The notes below the pieces were generated by a model. It was given only the letters and a program-made list of their open reading frames with translations. It was not told the origin of the DNA and did not search any database. A program made the translations under genes and the position numbers. A stretch of DNA of 64,000 bases, the filler included, from Perkinsus olseni (lineage: Eukaryota): NCBI GenBank assembly GCA_013115125.1. It is 5 parts of 5 records of this genome, joined end to end, with 100 filler letters (N's around TTAATTAATTAA, not from the genome) between each part and the next. Parts side by side here need not be neighbours in the genome. Positions count along the whole stretch, not along the records: positions 26,588 to 39,741 come from JABANN010000770.1; positions 39,842 to 52,985 come from JABANN010000771.1; 3 more parts are not named here. One strand, given 5' to 3'. Positions 36,501 through 49,448 of the stretch are shown here, piece after piece (within the stretch, counting starts at the first letter, position 1; every line of letters begins with the position of its first letter).

Positions 36501-39500
36501 GGCAGATTCAGGCATGAGTTGACGGAGGACTGTTAGAAGATAATTCGCCCTCGCCGATGGCAAATTATCTTCTGAATCAGACCAGACACTCCAATACCGA
36601 TGGCCCATCGGTATTCGAGAAAACAACCCATCATGAGCCAGGGCCACGCACAAAGGTCAGAGAATAGGGCATTGAAGTGGACATGGACGGGTGATTTGGA
36701 TCATGAAAAGCGCTAGCAGTATCGTATGAAAACGATACGGAAAAGTAATAATAATCAGGGGTTGAACAGGAGTAAGGCACACCAAGTGCCCTGAACAAAT
36801 TTGCTGGATATCTTCAAACACGTGGACACAGGCTTGCTTCGAGCTTACATTTGTACGTTCCTCGGCCATTGCAGCAGCCACATCGAAGTCCATAACGCCA
36901 CGACCGACCGAGGGAGATGAACCACCTGCTTCCGATGACCCGACATTAGGGCTACCTGAAGAGACTCGGGGCTGCGCGCTAAAACGCTATCCACGTACAA
37001 GCTACTCTTCGATACCACGTCGCGTCGGCCTTTTAGCCGCCATCCACGAACAAGTCTATATTGATAACGGATTACATCCCGTCCGATCTACTGCCTCGCA
37101 ACGAGGCAAATTTCCTCAGGCAAGCCACGTCCCTTGATACAGGAAACTGTTGTCCTACTACTACCACCACAGCCCGAAGAAAGCAGTACTCCGAATTCCA
37201 CACTACTTCGTGAGAAAGCCTCACCTCCATTCTCAGAGCTCTTCGCACTTTGCTTTTTCCTCTTGTTATTCCGTTGCCCTCCACCCGCTTTATCATTTCG
37301 AGGTCGGCCACGTTTCCGACCATTCTGCTGCTGTTGGGTACTACCCACTTCAGAGGAAGTCGAACCTGGCAAAGATACAACATAAAAACTGCACTGAAAA
37401 GCTTTCAAACGCCAAATCATGAACGAAATTCAGAACTGGAAATCCACATGGATCTCACTGGGTGCAGTCATGACAAACCGTAATGAAAAAGATAAGAAGA
37501 AATAAAAAAATGGAGATTGATACAATTATTGAATAAAAAATGAAAAAAGCAACCTGGGTTGGACCAACTACACAAACCAATTTAGCATGACTGAATACAG
37601 GGGGAACCAAAAAAAGATTATTTTGCTGTATCAGCAGTGCTGGTTATACGAGCAAGATAATACCGCCCAAGCTGGTAAAGATAGCGAGATAATAACTAAC
37701 AGCCGAGCAAGATAATACGCCTACACCTAGCCGAGCCGAGCAAAGCTGAGCGCCAAAACCAATGGACAGCTAATGAATCACTGGGATTTAGAAGGCCAAA
37801 AGTGATGGACCTACTTCCTGGTGGAGAAGGGGCCGAGGCTTGGGAAGCAGCGCCACCTCGAGCAGACATTGAAGGAGACTCAAACTGTGAGGAAAGATTC
37901 GAAAGCTCTCTGGTTCCAAGTATTTGTTCATCTCCCGTCGAAGCACGCCAAGAGGGAGCTGTATCAAAGACGATTGCATTGAGCACTTACAACACAAGAG
38001 ATAAACCCAACGGTTATGACACTTCAAACGTGCGTGTAGATGAAGCTCAACCTAACTGAGATATTCTTCTGTGCCCGTCACAGCACAACCCGACTCGCGG
38101 CAAAGGTTGGTGACCCATGAGCATTTGATCAGATAATTCCATAATCAATTCCAATAATTATTCCATGATTAATTAATTCTCTTCCAATAATTAATCAATC
38201 ATAAATCAGATTCTTTTGAACGAGAATCCTGGGGCTCCGCTGCGAAGCCAACGCGATCTCCCCCTATTTAACCGGCGATACTCTTATTGAACAATTTTCG
38301 TTTTTACCCAATCTCGCTGTCCTGTCAGTCACGTGAGCCTTTTTGTGTTCCATAATGTGGCAAACGGTGGCGGGGGATCGAGATCAGGGATGCTACAGCC
38401 ACAGATCGAGCCTCATTTCCAACATCACTCAACCTATTCCTACAACTAGGTCAGGTCCACGACCAAGCGAATAAATTGATCGGACCGGACCGAAGGCTCA
38501 ACCGCAAGGAGAGGGCGAACGTTGCATAGCTAATATGAGAAGCACCGATACACCGAGCGCATTATCCGCCACGGGGCACACTGACGACCCGCTGGTATAC
38601 GATAGCAGCTGAAGCCCAATGGAGAAAACCTATGGTTCCTAAGAAGCAACCTCAGCCCCTCCCCCATTACATCCGCTATTACGACGGGTCCTCAATCACC
38701 GGCCATTAATAGAGGCTCTATAATAGAGCTCACCGGGTCTTCTGTTGCTGCTGCTAGGCATCCAAACTCAAATAACACAATCATCTACTCTGTCGTGTTA
38801 TGAGGGTTAATCACATCGTCACCAAGCGTCTCACAGCAACACTACGGACTCCCTAGTACGGAGTAATGCCGATGCCTGACGAGGATAGCGACATGACGAG
38901 CTGCTCCTTGAATAAAGTTAATGTTTAGATACGATGGAACGGATAGTACAGCGCGCAAATATGATAGCAAATTGTGGGCCTACAATGACCATGACCAATT
39001 TCCGCGATTTTCCCCCTCTCACTAGTTCCCAGCTCCCTTGAGTTCACCCGTGGAAGGTTTGCCACTACACTCCCTCAAGGTCTTCTTGAACGACATTCTG
39101 GTCAAGTGGGGTAAGCGCGAGGACCCCACCCAGGAGCAGCGAGGAACCAGCAGCAAAAAAGCAAACGCCAAAAACTCCCTGACCAGAGCTTCATATTCTG
39201 AAGTGCATCCAGTACCGCTGCAGAGACCAGACCACAATAATCTGCAGCTTGTGAGTAGTGCGGAGTCTTAACAGAAGAGCACATTGCCAAAACAAACTCA
39301 TCAAACTGGCTATGGTGCAAAATTTTGGCAGTCGGAGGTGTCGCGTTGTCAACTTAGCCATACTTGATGACTTCCACGGCCATCACGCGGCGTGATTCAC
39401 GCCCTTCTGAAAAAAACTTTGCGACCACAAAGAACAGCACTCGCTCGGAACGAGTCGCTCCAGAAGGTCTGCGCCGCCATAGGGCAGGTCCAGACTTTGG

Positions 39501-39741
39501 ACGAGCCAGGCGGTGAACTGGCGCTGATATTCGATCTTTCGGGCGAGCGCTAACTGCGTCAATCGGCTTTTCATCAGTCACTCTGGTTCTGATGAGTCGG
39601 GGTGGTGTCTGCCTGAGTTTTAAAGGGCTGGGATAGAATGCCTTCCGTTCAGTTTTCCCTCTCCTCTTCCTCTTCTTTGTTGTTATTGATGAAGCCAGTG
39701 TCCAGTCAAGTCCACGAGGCCTTCGGTAAAGCATTGAGGAC

Positions 39742-39841
39742 NNNNNNNNNNNNNNNNNNNNNNNNNNNNNNNNNNNNNNNNNNNNTTAATTAATTAANNN
39801 NNNNNNNNNNNNNNNNNNNNNNNNNNNNNNNNNNNNNNNNN
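39742..39841. other. Artificial contig linker
   Basis: 44 N + TTAATTAATTAA + 44 N. Confidence 0.98.
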
Positions 39842-40166
39842 TCGGGACATACTCAGGACCAACCAACCGAGTAGAGGAGCACCGGTAGTAGGCAATCTGC
39901 ACCCACAACACGTGCTGGTGTGCGAATCCAACCTTCGCGTTGGTAGCGCGAGTAATAGAGGAGAAGCTCGAGCGCACCGCGCAACAACACAACAGGACGG
40001 ATATTAGTTTAGTGTATCATTGGACACCACAGAGCATCATCACCAGCAGCAGCGATAGCAGCCATTATGAAGCAGGCAGATAGAGCTCTAGGAGGTGGCA
40101 GCAGCAGCAGCAGTAGCCTCCTCTCGGGGTATAGCTTAGCTTGCAGGTAGTAGAAGTGGATAACGA

Positions 40167-41836
40167 TCACATTATGACTTCACCATTAGTGGGTACTGAT
40201 TCCTTGATGGCTTTGAAAGGTAGCAGGAATGCACCGTTAATATACAGTTCGGGCTTGATGTCAACCTGAGAAGGACGGGTAGGTTTCGAGGATCATCATC
40301 ACCGTTACTAATGGCGTCTATGGACTTACGCTTTCAGCGGCAACTGTCATCGGATCGACTCTAGTCCAACTTCCAATACGCGTTTTCCATCCAATAATGG
40401 ATCCAAATACAGTGGCGTAATCGGAGATCTGATCGAAGGTGTTCAAGTAGGAGGTAAGAAAAACATGAGTAACAGCAGACAGCAGCCACACTTACTACGG
40501 CATCATCCATCACAGCACTGCTCTTAACACGGCATCCTCGGCCAATTACGACTCCCGGCCCTATGGTCACATCAGGACCTAACCTGGAGCCCTCTCCTAC
40601 CTTTGCTGTAGGATCTATCAAAACCTGACATAACATACAATACACAATCACTGAGTACCCGCGATGGAATACGTTGCCCACTATTTCCACACCAGGAAGA
40701 GATCGTATCAACTCTTCATGCGGCTTGGCCTGAAATTACTGATGACATAGACTCCGAGCATATGCTCTATGGCGGGGTGATGGATCCCTGAGCAATACCT
40801 TGCCCTCATCACTCTTCCGGGAGAGGAAGCTTAAATGCATGCTCATCCCTCTGAGGTAATCCTTAGGTTGGCCTATATCAGCCCAATATCTAAAGAGCGG
40901 TCCAAGACACAAGAATGGTAACAAGGTGGTGGAGCTGCGTACCCTTGAAGCTGAAAGCAATAAAGCTGGCCCTCGGCTGCCATTTGAGGGAATACATCAG
41001 TTTCAACCATCATGAAGCGAGGCTCAACTCTCTTCTCTATCACCGAATTTGATAGAATATACCTGATTACTCGGGAGTATCGTAACTGCGGATTATCACT
41101 GGGACTGCTACTACAAGCCAGCATTTATTTTATCTCCTACGAACTCCTTAGGCTTCTCAACGAAACGATCAATCTTACCAGTCTCCTCATCATACACTAC
41201 CACACCAAACCTATGCAGATACGAGAAACGAGGCTGCTGCTCCCGCTGGTGGCGCTGATATGAGACTTACCTCGACGGGTCCTCCACTTTAGTGACCACA
41301 ATGGTACCCTCTCTGCCATGGTTCTTATGGAATGCTAAGAGTTCCTTTAAGGGGAAGTCACATATAACATCCGAATTGAAAACGAATACTGGCTCATCGT
41401 CCGAAAGAAGGACATCCCGAGCGAGATATAACTGACATCAACAACAACACCACTGATGAGCACTCTACTCCTTGAGTAGTAGCAGTAGTCTTAGGGCTTA
41501 CTGGTCCAGCAGTGCCTAATGGCTCCGTTTCAATACTGCAGGTGATCTTTACTTTGTACTTAGCTTCCATCTCCTTCAAGGCATGTTGCATATGTTCTGG
41601 CTGGAAGCCCACAGCGAGGACCACATGATCGACACCACATTCAACCTGATAACAAGAAGAAGGCAACCATCTGTGTCATGGCAACAACCGGTGCTAGATG
41701 CTTTCTATACTACCGCAGCAGCAATCTGGTGCTCTACAATAGGTAGATTACAGAAAGGGACCAACGACTTGGGACTAGTGAGAGTGAGGGGGCGGAGTCT
41801 AGTGCCATAACCACCGACTAGGATTAAGCACTTCAT
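40167..41836 (-). CDS. GMPPB: Mannose-1-phosphate guanylyltransferase (GDP-mannose pyrophosphorylase), about 10 exons
   Basis: Manually spliced: [79 protein letters not shown], hexapeptide [14 protein letters not shown], ending [26 protein letters not shown]. Nine GT-AG introns restore the frame. Confidence 0.95.
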
Positions 41837-42031
41837 AACAGTAGTAGTAGCCCTTTATTGGAGATAGGGAAGATAGAGAGGATAGAAGAGAAGGAAGAGA
41901 GAGACGTCAGAAAAACTGATAGATAAGGGGCTCAGTCTTAGGGCAATATTGGCCCACTATCACGCAAGACGAAGGAGAATAGTGGAAAGGTAGTATTTGT
42001 GCAACACCACCACCAGCACTGGGTGTACATG

Positions 42032-42111
42032 GAACGGTTGAGTCTCAACCGTTCATATCGTATACCGTTTATAACCTCAACATAATATCTCAACCGTTGA
42101 GATATTATGTT
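42032..42111. repeat. Two adjacent palindromes with 1-nt spacers (11-bp and 16-bp arms)
   Basis: gaacggttgag-t-ctcaaccgttc (42032-42054) and aacataatatctcaac-c-gttgagatattatgtt (42079-42111). Confidence 0.9.
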
Positions 42112-42163
42112 CAATGATGAGGCATGCCATACAACAGAGTGGCTCGGGTGTTCTAGGGCAGAG

Positions 42164-44737
42164 CTACGTTAGACAGCCCTCCCTCTGCGTGCTCCTCCTT
42201 GAACGGCTGTCACGGAGTCTTTTCTTCACGAGCTTCATTTTATATTCGAGCATACTCAAACTGCTTCCTGGATTGACACCTTTCCTAGTAGCTGCACTGT
42301 GACCATCAAGACGATCTAAGACGCTGAAAAGGTGAGCTGCTGCCGCAGTTGTGGCCATCGCTACCAGCAGACGGGCCTTGCAGGATATCAACCAGACTAG
42401 ATATATCCTCATAACAACGCTGCATGCTCCCTCCCTTACGGGGCTCACCATCTACCACACGTCTCCTATGAGAATCAGTGTGATTAGGCTGCATCCATGG
42501 GGCGATAGAGCACCTCATGTTCTGCTGAGGGGTGAGGCCCACAGCCCGGAGCCTCTCAGCCATGCGTGGCATCTCCTTCTGGAGGACATGCATAGCTGCA
42601 TGGCATGATGAGGCTGTCGCTCTGCACGGTAGGGACGCTCTAAAATAGTAATAGGTGGAGAGTACATGGCAGTGAGGTGGGTCATACAGTCTATGACATA
42701 TCAAGCTGTCCTCTATTATACCATATACAGCCGTATGGACGGTGGGAGGGTATCTGGGGAGGAGGAGGGCGGGGACACCTCATTGAGACTGCCATAAATA
42801 CTTATCCCAGGTTTGAGACCTCTTCAACGTTAGAGCCTTGCCGATGATGGCGGAAACCATGCCGCTACCATCGATAGATCCACGAGAGGAGGGTCGATGA
42901 GCGGCAGGTCCCTGATACAAGTTATTGGCAGCATAACCAGGGGTATGATAGCCATACCACATCGCTAGCTGATACACTCCGGAACCTCGTCCTAGAAAGG
43001 CTAGATACAACCTTGCTGTCGCAGCCTATAGGAACCTCTCTTCCACGGCTTGATCTGTAAGATCATAACCCATGATAACCACTACCCAGGAGGATCCTCA
43101 CATGACACTGTCCATGATGACTGATGATGATGACGACGACGAAGCGGACTCAGTTCGACTGATATCGCCATCACTTGAGCGTCGAGGGAAGCACTTCGGC
43201 CTCTCCTCAGTGGGGGCACTGGAAGGACGTGGGTTGCCCAGCGGTTTTCCAGCCCACCCAGCAAGGGGTGGAAACTTCATAACCTGCATCATGGGGTAAT
43301 CGAAACGAGTATGCGCCTCCTACTGGCCGCAATGAACCCTCAGTAAGTATCATAGTGGCTGTAGTGTGACGAGGAGGGAGCATGGATGATGCTGCCGAGG
43401 ATGGCCGCGATACATGGAAAGGGGCTACTGTCGATACTGATCCACCGCCGCCTCCGATGTTGGTAGACTACAACAAGTGGGGGATGCTGTATAACGGACG
43501 GCTACCCACCCTCGTAGATTTGGGTATGGCTGTAGATCCGTGTGCAAGTGATGGAGTACTATCATCACCAAGACCTACCACTGAGCATGGACCATCATGG
43601 ACCGCATGGGCCACGTAGACCTCACATGCATCCATCTTGGGTACACGCTTCCCAACTGTACAGTCCAGGGCACTGCGTCGAAGAGACTGCATGAGCATTT
43701 TAGAGGTCCTTAACAAGGAAGTGCCAGAGGCGACAGGGGCGAGTCCACCTACTTAGGATGAACCTCTTCGATACCAGTTAATCTGGCACAGCATTCCCTC
43801 TGCTCTCTCAACGACATGGATCGTTCGTGTATCTAACAGCAACCTCCAATAGGCCTGTAGGATGATTACCTGGCTATTACAGGGATTGGGGAGAGGCGAG
43901 TGATACCATCCCAACTACATTCCACATCCCTCAATCCACACTCCTCAAGTGCCTTAGCCATAAGCTCGCCCTACGAAGGCAAATTAGCAGTACAGGGGGT
44001 TGACGGAACTACATCCGCCCAAGGGTGTTCCTGTTGTTGTTGCCGATTGAGTAACGGCTTCCTGTCGGGCTTGAGCCGCCGATCTGAGCCATGCGGCGAG
44101 GGGAGCGCAAGCCAGTGTAGCCAGCCTATCCTACTGATCCCTGGCGACACACTAGGCCTCGACGATGATGCCCTTCCCTTCCGTTTACGATAATCCTCCT
44201 CCATCGACACTAGCGATAGAGGCTCCCTGGTAGGCAGGCCAAGCATGGTCCGGAGGTGAGGTACTGCTAAGTATCTGGGAGGCAGAAGCGTGAAGTTAGG
44301 ATGGCTGGGGCCTATTACTCGGCCTCCCTGACGGGATACCTATATTCATAGCATGGAGATGGGTCGCTTGGTACAGGGGGGATTGAACAGTGCCTGCAGC
44401 CCTTCTGGCAGCCACTGGAACACCTTCTCTCATCCTACTGTCGGCGCCCTGCTGCTGCCGGCTCCTTATCAGCAGCAGAGGTGGAGACCAAGGCGTGTTG
44501 CCTATAGCCAGCCTTGTACAGTGAAAATACCCTGCCTCCTTACTTAAGGGCTGTTACCTCCTCCCTCAACGCATCATCAGATCTAGAAGCTTCTGCTGCT
44601 GCGGTTAGTATACTCCGAGACGCTTCAGGCAGCATAGTGCCACCATGGGAGGAGAAAAGAGCCGGGGCTTGCTCATCGTATTGAGATGTAGAGGATTGGT
44701 AAGAGATCAAGTTAGCAAGATTCCACCTCCCGATCAT
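42164..44737 (-). CDS. Multi-exon hypothetical protein, weak Rab-GAP/TBC-like C-terminal segment; boundaries approximate
   Basis: Series of minus-strand exon-like frames with GT/AG borders, including AAMHVLQKEMPRMAERLRAVGLTPQ. A full model was not resolved. Confidence 0.35.
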
Positions 44738-44769
44738 CTCAGAAATATGCGTAGTAACCCTCCATTTGC

Positions 44770-47700
44770 ATGGGTCCCAGGAATCAACAGTCCCGGAGGG
44801 AGGGAACAGCTGTAAAGCTGAGTAGTCGATCGTCAGAGGGTGGTAACAGTCGGAGCCCTAATAGGAAGCGATCGAGAGAGGATAATGATGATGTACATGT
44901 AGGAGTGTCCAAAGGTGGGAGGAGAGCACTGTTGCTTTCAGGCAGCAGCAACACGACCTCAGCCTGCTGCTGGTCCTGATGGGGATAGTGGAACTGGGGT
45001 TACTCTAACCCCCGCTGCCCTCACATCATCATCGGAGGCCAGACTTAGTAGTGGCAGTAACGGTAGTAGGCAGCGTGATAGGAAGAGGAGGCACGCATCA
45101 TCATCATCACCAGAGGGGGCTGGTATCAGGAGCAATGATGAGTAATAAGTACACACCCTGGGGTGTTATGGTAATGCTATCAACAGGTATAATGATAGTG
45201 ACCACAGGCGTCGTATACGGCCACGACGGGACGGCTCACAGGAGTCTCATGATGATAGTCGGAAGCACAACAATAGGGGCAATGATCAGGGAGGAGAGGG
45301 GAGAGATGCGGACCGGAGGAGTGGAGAGTCTTGGTATAAGAAGGGGAGGTAATGCTTATCATGTAGGGAGCCATTGCCTGAGCATCGTTACTAGTGATGA
45401 CGAGAGGCAGGGTCGAGGGGAGGATAAACCCAGACGAAGTGGCGGTATCCATGCAAGCTACGAAGCCCACATAGAGTAGGTTGAGTACTACGACTAAAGT
45501 GGAGCATATTAACACCGTCATGCTGCTGCCTCAGTCATCGTGGTAGTCATGATGATGGTGAGCGTAATGATGGAGAAACCCAGAGGGGACGGAGTCGGAG
45601 GGAGGAAGGTCCGCAGCAATGGTCCTTCTAAGCGTTGCCAAGCCGCTGTTGCACTCAGGACCCCGTCATAGTAGTAGAGAGGATTCTCGATGGTACGAAG
45701 AACGTGATGGGCGGGGCTCATCTACACGTCCCCGAAGCCGGTAGTCACAGTGTTGGTAGGCGCATTGCTCCATCTAGCCCTTGTAGGGACAGCTGGGAAG
45801 ATGAGCCAAGTGGCACTCATGGTCGACGTCATCATCGATCGAGGGGTCGTGATGATAATGACGATGATGGCGAGGAATGGTATTCGAGTAGTAAGAGTCG
45901 ATGGAGAGAAAGCGGAGGCAGGTCATCGTGGAGCACCAGGGGTAGTATCAATCTTTCTATGACTTTCCCTTTATGTATCACAACCCATCATAGGTCGGGG
46001 TGGTAAGGGAGCCAGTAGATCCTCCCATCATAGCGATACTCGTGATTTCGAGCCTAGAGGCAAGATAGAGGGTAATGCCGAGTTGGTATCGGTCTTATGT
46101 AGCCGTAGCAGCCCAAGCAATCAGGTTCTTCCACGGTATGGGTTGGATCCTTGCCTAATGCTATCACTGATGATGAGTTCTATGATGTTATGTCCCGATA
46201 TGGTGAAGTGAGAGGGATGAAGCTTGTAGCATTGAAAGGCTTTGCATACGTAAAGTAGTAGGGGGGCATCAGCATTAGCCCTAGCCGTATGGTAGGCCGT
46301 TAGTAACACCACTCCAGGTACGGTGATGAGGAATCAGCCGAGGCCGCAGTAAAAGCCTTGAATGGGGAGGTATTAGATATCGCTGGGGATAAACCTGAGC
46401 ATGAGCTCAAAACCAAGGTGGATTACGTGGAAGATATGGGATATCTAAACCATCCGTAATACCCCTCCTCAACCTCATCCACCATAGGTGTATTAGGTAT
46501 AAGCCGTCTGTGGATAAGAAGCCTGACGTAGTGCATACACTTTTTGTAGGCAATTTGCCGGTTGAAGTCACCGAGCAGGATATACGTGAAGTAATGCCTC
46601 CCACTACCGTTCTGTCCTTGATGATCACTGTTCAGTTCTTCGAACGTGACTCCAGCATCAGGATAGAGCAGATTGCCCTACGTAGAGGATCGTATAAACA
46701 GATGTGTTATGCTCATATTAGGTAGTACAAACAACGGGGTATCAAGCATATAGTCCTGAGTGTTGTATCTAGGTTCGAGGGTGATGATGATGCTGAGAAG
46801 GCTGTCTCTGAGTTTGCTGGAGATAAGATAATAGGCCGTAATAGGGTTAGACTAGACTGGGCACAAGATAAGCATATGCAGGTATTACTGGTGGTTGGCC
46901 TGAGGCTGTACGACACTATTATCATTATCAGGTTCAGAATAATGACTATCTCCGCGGTGCTACTCCTCGTATCTATATTGGTAACCTACATGATGGTATG
47001 TCTGAGGATGCTATTAGAGATGCTTTGCAGCAGGCATTTGGTACTGTAGTAGCCCTCAAGCTGCATAGGGATAGGTAGTCAGGATCGTCGAGTAGTGGTG
47101 TCATAACAGTGATGTATTACTAGGAATGGTGCCCTGGCATACGGTTATGTCACATTTGAAGATAGTCTTACGGCAGAGAGGGCTGTTGATGAGATTCCTA
47201 AGATGTAATGCTATCTCCCTTCCTCGTGACTCAACATATTGCCTCCCTCAGTCGTATAGCTAACTCCTCTATACGAGCTGATTTTGCTAAATTACTGGAG
47301 CCCAGGAGACCACCACTTGGAGGGGTAGTAGTACTACCACGGCTGGCTAAGCCAGCCTGGCTTCATGTAGCCTCCTTCATGCTCCACCATCATTGTCAGG
47401 GCCGACCTGGAGCGATAGGACAGCAACCACAGTTACTGGGAGGAGGATACGGACAACAACAGCAGCAGGGAGACTTTGATCCATCAGTGGCAGGCGTACT
47501 ATCATTATCATTATCACTATCATCTCAAGTGCCATGCAGATGTACACAGCGGCTGGTCAGCCGCCACCTCCGCCTCCACCTCCCCCGCCTCCCCCATCCG
47601 ATGCTGATAATGCCTACGCTCCACTATACAAGACTGCCAAACCACCACAACAGCGGCGATATGGGTAGGCTCATAGCACCGTGGCCAACACTGCTGCAGT

Positions 47701-48029
47701 ATGCCATGCTGCTTAGATCGACTGCTGGGTCGGAGAGAAGTCCATCGATTGAGCGTGATACCAATGTAACGTGGACTGTTCCTGATGAGTGAGTCGACGC
47801 CAACAGCAGCAGCAGCCGGCGGTACTGTAGTAGCATCACCATTAGGTTCATCACCGGAGATGACGACCCCTATTGCTCTGATTCGGACTATTACTATGGT
47901 ACTCCATACATAGAGGCAAGAACCCCACGTCCGCTCCCTGCCCCTACTGCACATCGGTCGACTGATAACCAACGAGGTGGGAACAGGAGAAAGAGGACTG
48001 AGACAGGGTCTCCGAGACGTCGGTATTGA
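44770..48029 (+). CDS. RNA-binding protein with three RRM domains and an Arg/Ser-rich N-terminal region; multi-exon, start uncertain
   Basis: RRM1 TVWVGSL..KGFAYV (from about 46122), RRM2 TLFVGNL..CYAHIRF, RRM3 RIYIGNL..AYGYVTF..IRADFAK. Last exon ends GSPRRRY*. Confidence 0.8.
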
Positions 48030-48238
48030 TATACCTACCTCTCCCCTCCTATTCCTCTTACCGCTGCCACTGTTGCTTCCGATCCCAACGTCACTGTATT
48101 CCTCTCCTTCTTCCTGCCCAATTGTTGTGGTATATCGTGTTGTTATACCGTTTCATTTTACTCACTCTTACCCGAATACTTGTGTTGGATGATATCAAGC
48201 AGCCGGTAGCACTATGTCAGTAATATCCTCGCTGTATA

Positions 48239-49181
48239 ATGCGACGGCCTAATGATGAGCATCACTTCTGGCAGCAGCGTATAGAGTGGGAGAGAGGAGC
48301 CTCAAAGCGCTCATCAGCAGCAGCCTCGAGGGTCGCAGCTGCATTATCAGCTATAAAGAAGAAGAAGGATGGACAGGATGTACTAAGACGAGATTAGCCC
48401 TGTTGCCAACATTGATGTTTGGCAGGCAATAGAGAATATCAGGCATCGGGGGGTCTCGTTGAGGTCTGCGGCTGGACTAAGTGTTGGTGATACGTTCAAG
48501 AACGGTGAGGCATATCATAATGAGATACTTGCACCATCTGCCACAGCTACTACCATGTTGGGATTCTATTCCAACTCATGCAGGTGGTGGTGCTCTCAAG
48601 CAGCAACAGCAGCATTATTCGCTATACCCGACCACAGCCCATAACGATGTACCACCCTCATCTTACTACTCATCGTCCGCTGGAAGTAGCTGCTACGCGG
48701 CGAGTAGTAGCAGTACCAATGGATCCATTGATCTCTGTTCAAGTGGGTCTATTCGTATTGATATCGACCTACCACCTCACCCGTCCCTCAGACTGCTGCT
48801 ACGATGACCTCGACACTCCCAGTGGCACTACAGGTGGAATGATGAGCCATACTACCTCCTTATCCCCTGCTTCATCGTATCATTCAAATTCATACAAGTC
48901 TAGGAGTAACAGTGTGAAGAGCCGGAGAGCATCATCAACAACCCTAGGCTCACCGTCTTGTCTGTCAATGACCTCAGCTGATGTTGAGAAGCTCGTACAG
49001 CAAGAGATAAAGCGTGCCTTAGGTCCAATACAGAATGCACTACAGGAAGAAAAGGTAGTAGTAGTACAAGGCAGGACGAGCAGTACTAGCGTCCAGCTTC
49101 CCTTAACTGCAGGCCTGCCGCCAAAAGGCGGAGAAGACTATAGAGATACTGCGTCAGCGTAGCGGTGGCGACAGTGGTTAA
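48239..49181 (+). CDS. Small multi-exon hypothetical protein with a C-terminal coiled coil
   Basis: MRRPNDEHHFWQQRIEWE start, Ser-rich middle, LQEEK|ACRQKAEKTIEILRQR end across a GT-AG intron. Confidence 0.5.
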
Positions 49182-49448
49182 CAACAGCAGGTGCTGGCTT
49201 ATGATAACCTGTGGGATAGTCCATTTACCATGAATATGTTGTATACGCTAGTGCTGTGTTGAAATACTTTGTAGTGTTCTGAGTTACAAGTAGGGTAAGG
49301 GGAGGGATCATAGTGAACATGAAGGGTGCCAGTACTAGGCCTAGTGATGGATAGGAGCCGCCTTCAGATTGTTTAATAGTCTCGGTGGTTTGAAGGCCTC
49401 TACCCTACCTTCATCGCCCGGCAGCCAAGTGTAAGGAAGTACTATACA

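Noticed and set aside
30600..39741. Numerous short ORFs in contig 3
   Set aside because: No recognisable domains or consistent exon chains; probably decayed repeats or chance ORFs, though small spliced genes (for example near 35800-36900) cannot be excluded.
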